Shown here one piece after another: positions 42,178 through 55,987 of a stretch of DNA of 64,000 nt. Under the pieces are notes generated by a model. That model searched no databases. It worked only from the letters and a program-made list of their open reading frames with translations, and was not told the origin of the DNA. Position 1 is the first letter of the stretch. Each line of letters starts with the position of its first letter. Made by a program: the position numbers and the translations under genes. The stretch comes from Octopus vulgaris (Eukaryota), in the NCBI GenBank assembly GCA_951406725.2, contig OX597820.1:62310001-62374000 (forward strand), given 5' to 3'.

Positions 42178-42662
42178 TATCTCCACTACTTTAGGCACAA
42201 GGCCCGACATTTTGAGGAAGGGAGCAGTTGATTAGATCAACTCCAATACACAACTGGTACTTAATTTATCGACCCCGAAAGGATGAAAGGTAAGGCGGCG
42301 AGCTGGCAGAAACGTTAGCACGCCGGGCGAAATGCGTAGCCGTATTTCGTCTGCTGTTACGTTCTGAGTTCAAATTCCGCCGAGGTTGACTTTGCCTTTC
42401 ATCCTTTCGGGGTCGATTAAATAAGTACCAGTTACGCACTGGGGTCGATATAATCGACTTAATCCGTTTGTCCTTGTTTGTCCTCTCTGTGTTTAGCCCT
42501 TTGTGGGTAGTAAAGAAAACGGTACTTAATTTATCGACCCCGAAAGGATGAAAGGCAAAGTCGACCTCGGTGGAATTTGAACTTAGAACGTAGCGGCAGA
42601 CGAAATACTGCTAAGCATTTCGTTTCGACCGGCGCGCTAACGTTTCTGCCAGCTCGCCGCCT
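42178..42662. mobile_element. Nested SINE A: minus-strand host with a plus-strand Tx1-tailed insert (42294-42520)
   Basis: Host TSD TATGTCTTCACAA at 42165-42177 and 42663-42675. Insert TSD is 35 bp at 42256-42290 and 42521-42555. Confidence 0.9.
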
Positions 42663-42809
42663 TATGTCTTCACAAAATCTCGTGAGAGACTTCTTCACTA
42701 CGGAACTCCATGTTTGGAAAAAGGAGTTTGTATTGATATAAGCATGTGTTTCTAAAGGCTGAACATATTAGGCATTTAATTATATATCTAGGTAGCTATG
42801 TATGTGTGT

Positions 42810-43039
42810 GTCTCTGTCTGTCCCCACACCATCGCTTGACAACCAATGTTGGTGTGTTTACATCCACCGTAAAAAAGCGGTTCGACAAAACAGACTGATG
42901 GAATAAGTACGAAGCTTACAAAGGATAAGTTTTTGGCTTGAGTTGTTCGACTAAAGGCGGGGCCCCAGCATGGCCGCAGTGCAATGACTGAAACAAATGA
43001 AATAATATATGTATGTATATATATATATATATATATGTA

Positions 43040-43087
<48 letters not shown>

Positions 43088-43116
43088 CGTATATATATAC
43101 GTGTGTATGTGTGTGC

Positions 43117-43157
<41 letters not shown>

Positions 43158-43470
43158 GATATACAGACGCAGGTGTGGCTGTGTATTGAGAAGCTTGTTT
43201 CCTAGGCACGTGGATCCGGGTTCAGTCCCACTGCATGACACTTTGCGCCAGAGTCTTTTGCTATAGTCTCGGGCCGACCAAAGCTGTCGTGAGTGGATTT
43301 CGTAGACGGAAACTGAAAGCAGCCCGTTGTATATGTGTGTGTGTGTGTGTCTGTGTTTGCTCCTGGCCATCGTTTGACAACCGATGCTGGTGTGTTGAAC
43401 GCCTTTTATAGCGGTGCTCCAGCATGGCCACAGTCAAATAACCGAAGGAAAAAATAAAAGATAAAAAGAT
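42810..43470 (+). mobile_element. Two SINE B copies (3' half 42810-43000; deleted copy 43167-43470)
   Basis: ATCGyTTGACAACC and CCAGCATGGCC motifs occur twice. Confidence 0.8.
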
Positions 43471-44280
43471 TATGCGTGCACGTGTATAGGAGTGTACTCT
43501 TTTATTCTTTATTTTTTTTGTGGTTTCAATCGTAGGACAGCGACCAAGCTGGAGCTCAGCTTTGATTTATTTTCGTTCAGTTTTGTTGTCGCGTATGGCT
43601 GAACGTTTTTCTAAGATTGAGTTTGTCGCGGCTGATCTTCTCCGGGTGTATTCTTGAAACCTTTGCTGGTCCGTTACTTTCGTTGGGTGTTTAACGAATT
43701 TTTAATTATTTAATTTTTTTTTGGTAATATTTGAAAAGAGACCTATTTTATATTTCTGATATCATTATGTCGGCACTTGAGCAATTGAAGACATCCAAAT
43801 ATCAGATTACTGCAATTGAGTGATTTTGCTCGTAAATGTATGTGTGCATTTGTGTGCGTGTATGTGTGTGTATATTTGAGTTTGCGCGCGAGTGTGTGTG
43901 TGCGTGTGTGCATGTGTGTGTGTGTGTGTGTAGTTATCATATCCAAGGATCTAAGTGTAGAAGGTTTGTAAGCTTCGAGCAGCCCGTAGTAGGTATAAAA
44001 AAACTAAGTTCAGGAATAATGATAATTTATTGACGTCGAATGTTATAGGTTTTTTTTTCTCCCCTATATCAAAGTTAGATAAACTAAAAAAAAAAAAAAA
44101 GTTTATAGCTCACGTTTAGCAACTTGAGTTCCTTTGAAGTAGCGTGATAAGTAGCTTGTTGAGTATCCCTCATTGAGTAATTATTACATCAGAGGGTCTA
44201 CTAGTTAGGAAACATATGTAGCCTGAATTTTACTTGCTTCACTCCCTCCTACAGACACCCACACATATATATATATGTGT

Positions 44281-44335
<55 letters not shown>

Positions 44336-44436
44336 GTCTCTCTATATATAGATGTATAAGTATATAGATGTATATAAATATATATATATATATATATATA
44401 GTTGTATATATATATAGATGTATGTATATATATAGT

Positions 44437-44477
<41 letters not shown>

Positions 44478-44591
44478 GTATAAGTATATAGATGTATGTA
44501 TATATATAGTTTTATATATATAGTTGTATATATATATATATATATAAATGTATAAGTATATAGATGTGTATATATATATATATATATATAT

Positions 44592-44632
<41 letters not shown>

Positions 44633-45159
44633 TGTAAATATATACACATCTCGCTCACTCTCTATTTTAATGCGTTCATATTGATTTCTGTCTGTATGTC
44701 TTTCTTTAAATGTCTTTGTTCTTCAATGACGTACATGTTTAAATAATGTTTATCTATCAATCATTTCTCTCCCCCGCTCTTTCACTGTCTCTCTCTTTGT
44801 CTCTCTTACTCACTCTCTCTCTCTCTATCTATCTATCTCTATTTCTCTCTCTCTCTCTATCTCTCTCTTTGCATCTCTTTCTATCCAGTTATCTATACAT
44901 CTGCCTCCATTAATGTATGTCTATCTATCCTTCGATCTATTGATATAGTCATCGATCAATACGTCTTGCTAGCCTTTCTATCTATCTATCTCTATGACTA
45001 GCTGTAACAATACTGTGTATCTGTCTGACTCTCTACCTCTACATCACTTTGTCTGCTTCTGCTTACATATCTGCTAATCAGAGATATGCTTTATATACAC
45101 ATATATACATATATAAATACACATATAAGATATATATATATAGAGTATATAGAGACACG

Positions 45160-45215
<56 letters not shown>

Positions 45216-45581
45216 TGTATATATACATATATATATATACGTATATATATATGCATGTATAAAGTCAATTATCTTTCTCTGTCTTGCAATTTCTCTCATT
45301 TAACTAATCTCTCACTCACTAGGTCGCGTCGCTGTCCCTCTCTTGCTACTCCTTTCTCGCAATCTTCATTACCGCCACTTCTTAACCAAACCGCCTTATC
45401 AATTACATATATCTACCAAACTTTATTTCTATCTAAACTAAACTCCTTACAAGTCTTGTTTAATGACTTTTCATTTGTTTTCATTTTACTTCTTTGTAAA
45501 AAAGAACAACACACACATACATACACAAATATATACATTTATATGCATGCGTAAATGTATATAATATGTATGTAATAGATA

Positions 45582-45660
<79 letters not shown>

Positions 45661-45792
45661 TATACATATATATATATATACATACATATATATACATATA
45701 TATATATACATACATATATATACATATATATATATATATATACATACATACATATATATACATACATACATATATACTTATAAATATATATG

Positions 45793-45824
<32 letters not shown>

Positions 45825-45872
45825 AACATGTGTTTGGATATACAGACGTAAGCACGCACACACACACACAGA

Positions 45873-45906
<34 letters not shown>

Positions 45907-47195
45907 TATATATATATGAGTAGGTGCAGAGAGAGAGGGGGGGGGGAGTGAGAGAGGAAGTGAGAGAGAGAGAGTGAAAGAGGGAGAAAGAGGGGCAGGG
46001 GATCTTACCTTTATCTTCTTCGTCTTGTACAATATTTAAAAAAAATAATTTGTTTTATATTTTTGTTTCCTGATTTCCATATATTTTGTATATTGTTCTT
46101 ATTGCCTTTGTAGTTGATCACATACATTACGATTGAAACCGTTATTATTATGATTATGGTTTTTGTTATTTATTATAATATTTTTATCATCACCATCGAT
46201 ATCATCGTTGAAATATCAGTATTACTCTTATTCTTATCGTTATTTTACTTTATATATCGCTCTTGTTGATTAAATTATTGATGCATTTGTAGTTGTGGTG
46301 GTGTTGGTGAAGGCGGTGGTAGCGATAATGGTGGTGGCTGTGAGAGCAATGGTGGTTGTGATAGTGGTGGTGGTGATACTCACTGCTGTAGCGGCGGTGG
46401 TGGTGGTGACATTTTCTGTTGTGGTGACGGTGGTGTTTGTGGTAGTTGTGGTGCTGGTATGGTGGTAGCTATGGATGTGGTTGCAGAGGTAGTAGTGTTC
46501 TTGTTATTATCTTATAATTCTGACTTTTCTATCCGGCAATCTGCCTTAATTTAATTTTATATATTGTTTCTCTCTATCGAGTAGAAAATGCACTTTTGAT
46601 CCCAAAGCCGATAAAGCTTGTCCGCTCAAAAGCAGAACTAGTAAAGATTCGCCATTTTGATTAAAGAAACCGATAGTGAAACACAGACAGATAGATTAGC
46701 GCAGAGCAATAGAAGATTAGAGAATAGCGAAAAAGAAACCAAGAATTGAAACATTTGAGAAGAAAAAGAGAGAAAGAAAGAGTGGGAGTGAGAAGAGGCA
46801 GACACAGATAAAGCGATGGTATTCAAAAAGATGTAGGGAGGAGTAAAGCAGTCTCTTATCTATTTGTTTATCAGTTAGTGACATCTTATATTACACTGAA
46901 TGCCCAGTTTTAGCGTTTCGTCTCCTTCGGCGTGATGAGGCGATGGTCATCTCTTGCGTCACAGTATGTTGATAGTGTGTTTAAATGCCACTAACAAATT
47001 TTCTTCGTGATATACACATTTCTCTGCACATTTTCCTGTATTATATCAACGTCACTTATGATAATCATTCACTTATCCGTTTACTGCTCTTCACCATGTT
47101 TCTGACTTTCAAATTCTCTCTCTTTCTCTCTCTCTCTTTTCCACCTGTCTGTATATGTCTATATATGGAAACAAAAAGATAGAACATAAAATATA

Positions 47196-47246
<51 letters not shown>

Positions 47247-47827
47247 TACATATATATATACATATATATATACATATATATACATATATATATATACATA
47301 TATATATACATATATATACATATATATATACATATATATACATACATACATACATACATAAATATATACATATTGATACATACATGCATACATATACTCA
47401 TGCACACACACATAGACACATGCACACACACGCATATATTTAAAAAGACAGAGTCATATTAAGAGTTATGTACGTATATGCTGTTTTAAGCACTATATAA
47501 ATATATATATATATGTGTGTGTGTGCGCGCACATGTAGAGTGTTTGTGTGTTTATTAATAAAGGGCAGACAGAAGTTATAGAGTGACTCAAGGGCCAAGA
47601 GCTTCGTACATTGGCATTTATAGATACATGCATATAAACACACATATACACATAACATACATTCTTATACACATGCACACAAATAAACAGAAATTCTCTA
47701 AAAAGAAAACATGGCTTGATTTGCTTGTGTGTGCATGTTTTGAGTATAAGTGTAACTGAATAAACATCTAAAATATTTATAAACCATTGCTACATGTGTG
47801 GCAGAAAATTGATAATCTATAAAAAAA

Positions 47828-47842
47828 TTATTATTATTATTA

Positions 47843-47912
<70 letters not shown>

Positions 47913-47929
47913 CATTATTATTACTAATA

Positions 47930-48002
<73 letters not shown>

Positions 48003-48003
48003 G
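47828..48003. repeat. (ATT)n microsatellite
   Basis: Direct reading. Confidence 0.95.
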
Positions 48004-48387
48004 TTTACTTAAATATATTTCCTAGTGTGCTGAAAATTTCTATTGTCAATTGCATTCATTTAGATTCTGCAATAATATAGGGCTCTCTACTATGGTATTT
48101 ATCTAACAGATGCTTTATTATGATTTTAAAACGTATTTTTGGATTATCAACAATATCTCCAATGTTATGGAATTTTCTAAAAAAAAAAAAAAAAAGATTT
48201 GCTATATTGTTCCGATAGACATAGCCATTGTAGTTGAGCATTATTGAAACTGACATCTATACATATATATACACTCAATCAAATATAGATTCAGACCCCC
48301 CATACACACACGCTCATATGTATACATAACACGCACATACATACACACACACACATAGATATTCATACATATATATGCATACCTATA

Positions 48388-48486
<99 letters not shown>

Positions 48487-48552
48487 TTACATATATATAT
48501 ATATACATATATGTGTGTGTGTGTTTATGTATATGTATATGTATAGACTATA

Positions 48553-48995
48553 GGCGCAGGATCGTCTGTGTGGTTAGTAGCTTGCTTCTCAAATCCACAT
48601 GGTTTTCGGTTCAGTTTCACCGCGTGTAGCTCGGGCAAATATCTTCTATTATAGCTTCGGGCTGACCAAAGACTCCTGATTAAATTTGCTAGAGAGAAAC
48701 TGAATGAATCCTCTCCTATAAACATATATGTATGTGTGAGCTTGTGTGAGTTTATCTGTGTGTGTGAGTGTGTATGTTAGTCTGCATATGTTTTTCTGTC
48801 TGTGTTGTCCCCAATCACTGCTACACAACCAGTGGTTTGTCTACGTTCCTCGTAACGTAGTCGTTCCGCAAAAGAGACCGATAGGTAATTACTAAGCATA
48901 AGAAAAATAATTAATCGGGTTGATTCATTCCTCTAAAATTCTTCAGTATGGCCTCACTCTAATGAGTGAGACAAATAAAAATAAGAAAAAAGTAA
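48553..48995 (+). mobile_element. SINE family B, diverged
   Basis: GGCGCAGGA head, GGGCAAATATCTTCTATTATAGC, AAAGAGACCGATAG. Confidence 0.75.
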
Positions 48996-49311
48996 GAGAT
49001 AAAGATAATCGTGTTATTTGAAATTAGAAATGAAAAGTCCTACTTGAAAATGTAGGTATTTTAATTCTGAACGTTTTATCCAGAAAATAAAAGAACCTTA
49101 TAACATACTGAATTACCAGGAAGAGAGCATCCCTAGAAGAGGGTAATAGAGGGTATATGAAGGATTCAGTTACAGCGAGGTTGGCGGTGAATTTTTAAGT
49201 GCTTATCAGGGCTCAAGAATTAGCTGCTTGGAACGGGTCATAAGAATAAGTGTAAGTGAGACGGTAAGGTATATATATTAACATGTAAAATGGACGCCCA
49301 AAAATGGTTCT

Positions 49312-49451
49312 CTTTTTATATTATTTACAATTGACGGAAATTTGTCCCCATTTTGTTTGTTGTTAACACAACGTTTCGGTTGATATACCCTCCAGCCTTC
49401 ATCAAGTGTCCTGGGTTCTCATTCCTAAGGTATTTTTCGATCTTGTTGTTG

Positions 49452-49518
<67 letters not shown>

Positions 49519-49624
49519 CATTATTCAGGTTACTGCCTGGGATCGAACACGGAATCTTGGGTTTAGTAGCCCGCGCTCTTAACCACTACACCATATGTCC
49601 GTGGACATATTAATAATAATAATG

Positions 49625-49688
<64 letters not shown>

Positions 49689-49896
49689 CAACAACAACAA
49701 CAGCAACAACAACAACATCGAAAAATACCTTTGGAATGAGTACCCAGGTTCGGAATTTCCCCAAGACACCTGAAGAAGTCTGGAGGGTATATCACGTGAA
49801 ACGTTAACAAAGTCAAACAAGATGAAGACAAATATCCGTCAAATGTAAATAATGTAAATAATGTACATAATTCCTCATCTCTTAAATATAGAACTG
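49312..49896. mobile_element. Fold-back tRNA-headed element with hammerhead-like arms
   Basis: 12-bp TSD AAAAATGGTTCT at 49300-49311 and 49897-49908. Inverted arms are centred on ATATGTCC-GT-GGACATAT at ~49601. Confidence 0.8.
49366..49409 (-). ncRNA. Minimal type-I hammerhead ribozyme-like motif
   Basis: ACAC-UUGAUGA-aGGCUG..CAACC-GAAAC-GUU-GUGU. The mirrored copy at 49766-49805 (+) has the canonical CUGAAGA. Confidence 0.65.
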
Positions 49897-50904
49897 AAAA
49901 ATGGTTCTGTTCGTAATTTGTATGAGTACAAAAATTACAAAATGGAAAATTATTAAATAAAATTGAACTATTTGAAGGTGTTTCAATAATTATTATATAT
50001 ATAAAAAAAAAAAGAATCCTTCCATATTTCCGAAAATATATAGAGGGCCAGGATGAAAATGATTAGTTACTTCAACAGATTATCAGTTTGGGCAATAACA
50101 GTTTGTTCTTGAATTGGGTGAGTAAACAGACTAAAAAAAGGGCGGACACGAGAGATAGATAGATAGATACATACATACATAGAGAATTTATATATATAGA
50201 GAGAGGAGAAAAAAACAAGAAGGATGAGAAGGTGGAAAGGGAGCAAGGAAAAAGAAGGGAGAAGTAGAAAAGAAGAAGAAGAAGAAAGAGAAGAAGTCGG
50301 GAGAGGAAGGAGGATGTGGAAGAGGAAGAGGAGATAGTCATGGGCGTTAGGAGTGAGATGTAAAGAATTTAAACTGTGTCAATTCTTAAGAGTTATTTTG
50401 TTCTATGGAAGTTGATGCATTTGTAGTTGTGGTGGCGTTGGTGAAGGCGGTGGTAGCGATAATGGTGGCTGTGAGAGCAATGGTGGTTGTGATAGTGGTG
50501 GTGGTGATACTCTCTGCTGTAGCGGCGGTGGTGGTGGTGATATTTTCTGTTGTAATTTGCATGAGTACAAAATTACAAAATGGAAAATTATTAAATTTTC
50601 AACTCGATTGTAAACTCTATTCACATTATCATACATTAATCACAGCGATGGCTAAAGATCTACACCAAAAGTTGCGTTATATACATCTTGTATAAGGATT
50701 TTTGGTAGTAGATGAGATTTGTTATGAGATGATGTATTCGTCTTTGTGTGTGTATGTGTGTGTGCGTGTGCGTGTGTGTGTGTGTGTGTGCGTGCATGCG
50801 TGTGTATGTTTGTTGTGAGAGATGAGTTAATACTCGGTCGTCTACGTTGCTGCGCATAACTGTAGTAGCCAAATAATGCTATAATAAGTGCGGAGCTAGG
50901 GTAA

Positions 50905-51210
50905 AAGGGTAATGAATGACCATGGGATTGCACCTAGAAACTTACCCTCCAGGGCTGACGTATGGAAGAGCAGTAGTCACCCATACATACCAGTCTCCTC
51001 TCTCCACGCCACTGATGTCATCAAATGGAAAGGTAAAGGCAGATACAGCTTCGTATCAATGACGTCACAACGTATTTGAACAGGTGAGTAAAATGGAGCA
51101 TTGTGAAACAAAGTGTCTAGCTCAAGAACACAGCACAGAGCCCGGTCCGGGAATCGATCTCAATACCTCATGATTGTGAGCGCAACGCTCTAACCATTGA
51201 ACCATGCGCC
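50905..51210 (-). mobile_element. SINE family C
   Basis: Reverse complement similarity to 58996-59335. Confidence 0.8.
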
Positions 51211-51261
51211 TTCAAACAATATAAAACAACTTTAATAAGATCCCCTCCATGGAGTACACTA

Positions 51262-51832
51262 TTGGGTTGTCCGGAAAGTTCGTGCCGATTTATAGTAGCT
51301 TACATTTCGACTTATTTTAGAACATGTTTGTGTCCATAAAATAGGAATTCACTACATCTCCATTTAGAGCACAGTTTAAGCTATCTTTTCGTGGAAGAAG
51401 GTTTATGTTCCTATAACCTGTGTTAATTCTGTAATTCTTTAAAATGGAAGATAAGAAAGTTCATTTTCGGCGCTTGATGCTTTTCTTTTTCCGTAAAGGG
51501 AAAAATGTCTCACAAGCAACCAAAGAAATATGCGCAGTTTACGGTGATGTTTCTTTATCCGACAGAAGTGTACGAAAGTGGTTCGCAATGTTCTGTGCTG
51601 GAGATTGTAGCGTTATTGATAAAAAACGATCAGGCAGACTATCCACTACAGATGATGACCAAATCAAGTCATTAATTTAGAATAACCCACATTGCACAAC
51701 CCGAGAATTGGCAGAAAGCCTCGACCTATCAAATCCGTCGCTCATGAGCATCTGATAAACTTGGGTAATGGCATGAATTTATTGACCTTTTCCTTCCTTT
51801 AAAAATCGGCACGAACTTTCCGGACAACCTAA
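51262..51832 (+). mobile_element. Internally deleted mariner element with intact TIRs
   Basis: ~29-bp TIRs TTGGGTTGTCCGGAAAGTTCGTGCCGATT / AATCGGCACGAACTTTCCGGACAACCTAA with TA on both sides. ORF 51444-51680 is a mariner N-terminal HTH (ICAVYG, VRKWF, RSGR). Confidence 0.93.
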
Positions 51833-51844
51833 TATATATATATA

Positions 51845-51898
<54 letters not shown>

Positions 51899-52171
51899 TG
51901 TATGTATGTATGTATGTAAGTATGTATGTATGTATGTATGTATGCATGTATGTATGTAGTTCTATCTATAGAGGTTTCGACTATAGCCATTAGTTCTCAC
52001 AACTTTGGCTATGTGAGAATACATGTGATATACTAAATAAATGCTATTTTTCGTGCAATCCAACTGGTGCTTCGTAATATATATCTACATATGTGTGTCA
52101 GTTATCATATGTCTTATAGTTTATGAACATACTTACACGCACACACGATAGACACAAGCGAGTATGTATGC

Positions 52172-52225
<54 letters not shown>

Positions 52226-52697
52226 TTGTGTGTGTATGCCTTTGTGTGCTTTGCGTATGTGTGTACTTGTATATGCATACATGTACGCCTATATAACTGT
52301 ATAAATATATGCATGTCTTTCTGTTTTGTCTGTGCCGCTATTGTAATTCTATCGCGTATTTTCACGCCATTTTATCTTATATTTTAACGCAATTTAACTG
52401 AACGCTGCAAGAACCCTCAGCACAGTCTTTAATGTATTATACAAGATTAAAGAACAGTTTTTCAAACTACAAAAGTACATCAAGGATACGTATGCATTAT
52501 CACATTTATTTCCTTTGAAGGCATGTTAAGAAAGATTTAGTTGTCGATAACGCTGTCTTTTCCCTCTCTTTTCATTTATTCATACTAACATGAAGTAAAG
52601 CGCAACTGGACTATATATATATTTACATACATATATATGAATATAAGCGTGTATATAAATAGACATATACGTAGATCCTCACACATCTCTAAATAGC

Positions 52698-52731
<34 letters not shown>

Positions 52732-52770
52732 GTTTATATGAATATATATATATATATATATGTTTATATG

Positions 52771-52808
<38 letters not shown>

Positions 52809-53521
52809 ATATATGAATATATATATATATATATGTATATATGAATATATATATTATATCGTATCATATTATATAAACACTCATACATTTATTCTCTCTC
52901 TTTCTTTCGTTCTCTGTCTACAGGTACACAAACGCGCACGCGTGTGCACACACGTAGACAGACATACACACACACACACGGGCGCACAAACACACACAGG
53001 CACACGCGTACGCGCGCGCGCGCGCGCACACACAAACACACACACACACATACGCAAAGAGTGAAACTTTGATTTCATTTCCGCCACTCGCTGAAGGTTT
53101 TACAAATTTGTTTTGAAAAGAATCCAATGCTGTTTCCTCTGCTGCCTGCAAGCGCACACGCGCACGCACACAACGAACACACACGTTAACATTCTTCTAT
53201 AGAACGTATATATGTATGTATACTCAAACACGCGCACACGCACACATATAGTTATAGATACAAATATTAATGTATACATATATATAATGTATATGTATAT
53301 ATATATATATATATATATTTATGTATGTATATATATGTATATATACATATATATATATGTATATATACATATATATATATTTATATATAAACGTATATAT
53401 ATGAATATATATATATATGTATGCATATATATATATATATATGTATATATAGATACATATATATATATATATGTATGCACATATACATGTATATATAGAT
53501 ACATATATATATATATGTATG

Positions 53522-53568
<47 letters not shown>

Positions 53569-55249
53569 AATCTGAGAACAAATGGCAAGGACGAATATGT
53601 TTTAACACGATGCCAAAGAAAAGGTTAAAATATCGAAATTTTAGATTATCTGCATGTATGCTATGTACATTATCTCTATTATATAATCTATATTGTATAA
53701 TTCGTGTTATCTACATTATATAATCAATATTATCTAAATTATATTTCTACATTGCAAGCCTGATATAGTGTTTTGTTTTAAATATTTATTTTATTATCTA
53801 TTTTGTTTTTTAAAAATTTAGATATATTTATTTTGCCATCAATTCTTTGAAAATAAGAATAGCAGTGAGATTTCATCGATTAATACATATTATATTGATT
53901 AGAGACAAGAAGTATTGTTCTAATAAAGAAAGCAAATATGTATGTTTGATTGGAACAAATGACTATATAAAAAGATTTTACTTCGATTATAAATTTTTTT
54001 CGTACTGTTAACTTTAATCTTTAGAGTTGACAAATGTTCTAATATTTACATCTGTAGAATGTTTCAATCGATTTGGTTTCCCATCTCATTGTCCATTATA
54101 CTCCTGTATGTGTACATTGTGTCGAATAAGATTCAAACTCGAAACCTTTATTTGTAAACTAAATGTAGTAAAGTTCTTACCCAAAAGGCCACTGATGTAT
54201 ATATAATCAATGATACATTTTTAGATTATTTAAATTTATTGTTCTGTAAATGCAGCTATATTGAACTGATGTCAGAGTTGTGCGTATTGATTTGGTTTCC
54301 AGCAAACGTGATATGTACTAATTCTGGAATATTTCAGTTTCCATCATGGTTCTCTATCACTTATGGAAATTTCATTTCATAGCAGTGTATGATTTCCTTT
54401 CTCACAACCTATATATTCAGCTATCCCTACCTTGGGTGATTCTCCTTGCATAAAACTTTGCGATTTTCCTCTTATGTGAACTTTGCGAGCCTGTTGGCTT
54501 CTCCTCACAGGATCGTCTGTAAGTATGTGTTTAATTATACATGCAATTCTTAAATTCTAGCGAATTTTGGCTAGGTTTAAATTTAAATTTGGTAGGGAAC
54601 CTTAAGTCTGTATAGCTAATTTCCAACTTAGTTTCGAAATATTTTGAGGATTTTCTTAATTTTCTCAGACAATCACTTATAGTAAAGTACAAACACAGTA
54701 GAATGCGGTTCGTCCGCCATTGTGTAATTGATATGGGTCGGTGCAAATTGTTCTTCAATTCACTTCTTGGCAATTCAATTCAATTTTTCGCAATTCGATT
54801 CAATTCTAAGTAATTCAATTCAATTTTTCTTTTTACAATGATAGTGAGATTTATATTTTCAACAAAGTCCAATCGCAGACTACATTTTATACATGAATGT
54901 TATATATGACATCTGCATATGAACATGTCATTAATAAATTAAGGAACAACTGTCGGTTTTTGCTTACATGTGCCAGTGTAATATAGATCAAGGTACGAAG
55001 TGAATTCATGTAATATACAAGACTTAGGAAGCTCGTTTAATGTCACCAGTCTAAGGCTATGTCATTCATGGATGTCATCGAAACTGCGGTTTGCAGTGTA
55101 GTAGTCTCAGGAGCTAATTAATTGAGATACTTTGTGCAGCTGCCTGTCATTTAACATTACTTGCACTTACAAGAAATACTGAGTGCTCATTAAATGTTGA
55201 GTGTCATTATTGGAGCTAAAATTACCCGTTCTTCAGTCGAATGAAAACT

Positions 55250-55643
55250 CTAGGCTCAAGGCTCGAAATTTTTGGGAGAGGGCCAGTCGATTAGATCAAC
55301 CCCAGTACGCAACTGGTACTTAATTTATCGACCCCGAAAGGATGAAAGGTGGAATTTGAACCTCGGCGGAATTTGAACTCAGAACGTAAAAATAGACGAA
55401 ATAAGGCTAAGCATTTCGCCCGGCGTGCTAACGTTTCTTATTTCTTTATTGCCCATAAGGGGCAAAACATAGAGGGGACAAACAAGGACAGGCAAACGGA
55501 TTAAGTTGATTACATCGATCCCAGTGCGTAACTGGCACTTAATTTATCGACCCCGAAAGTATGAAAGGCAACGTCGACCTCGGCGGAATTTGAACTCAGA
55601 ACGTAGTGGCAGACGAAATACCTATTTCTTTACTACCCACAAG
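55250..55643 (-). mobile_element. Chain of three SINE A segments
   Basis: Tail/head junctions at 55438|55439 and 55622|55623. Confidence 0.85.
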
Positions 55644-55644
55644 T

Positions 55645-55912
55645 AGTGTGTCGTATTTTGAAACGTCTATAACTAAACTCAATATATCAACGCTCCTCTT
55701 TCAGCAGTACATGGTCTTACTCAATAACCGTGCAAAATTTTTCACATATGAATTTTTTATTTTTTTTCCTGGGAGAGTGAAGAATGTTCCTAGTCAAAAC
55801 CACTCTTCACTCTTCACAATTTTGCACGGTTATTGAGTAAGACCATGTACTGCTGAAAGAGGAGCGTTGATATAGTGAGTTCGGTTATAGACGTTTCAAA
55901 ATACGACACACT
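55645..55912. repeat. Inverted repeat, 95-bp arms
   Basis: Arms 55645-55739 and 55818-55912, three mismatches seen; inner hairpin GAGTGAAGA/TCTTCACTC. Confidence 0.92.
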
Positions 55913-55987
55913 TCTTTTCACCAGAGCTAAGCGAGAAGAACGATCAGTTTCAAAATTATGGGTTTATAATATCATGGGGAAAGTTAA

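Noticed and set aside
54511-54518. Plus-strand 8-nt microexon (CTCACAG|GATCGTCT|GTAAGT)
   Set aside because: Frame-shifting length, overlaps a better minus-strand candidate, and can arise by chance.
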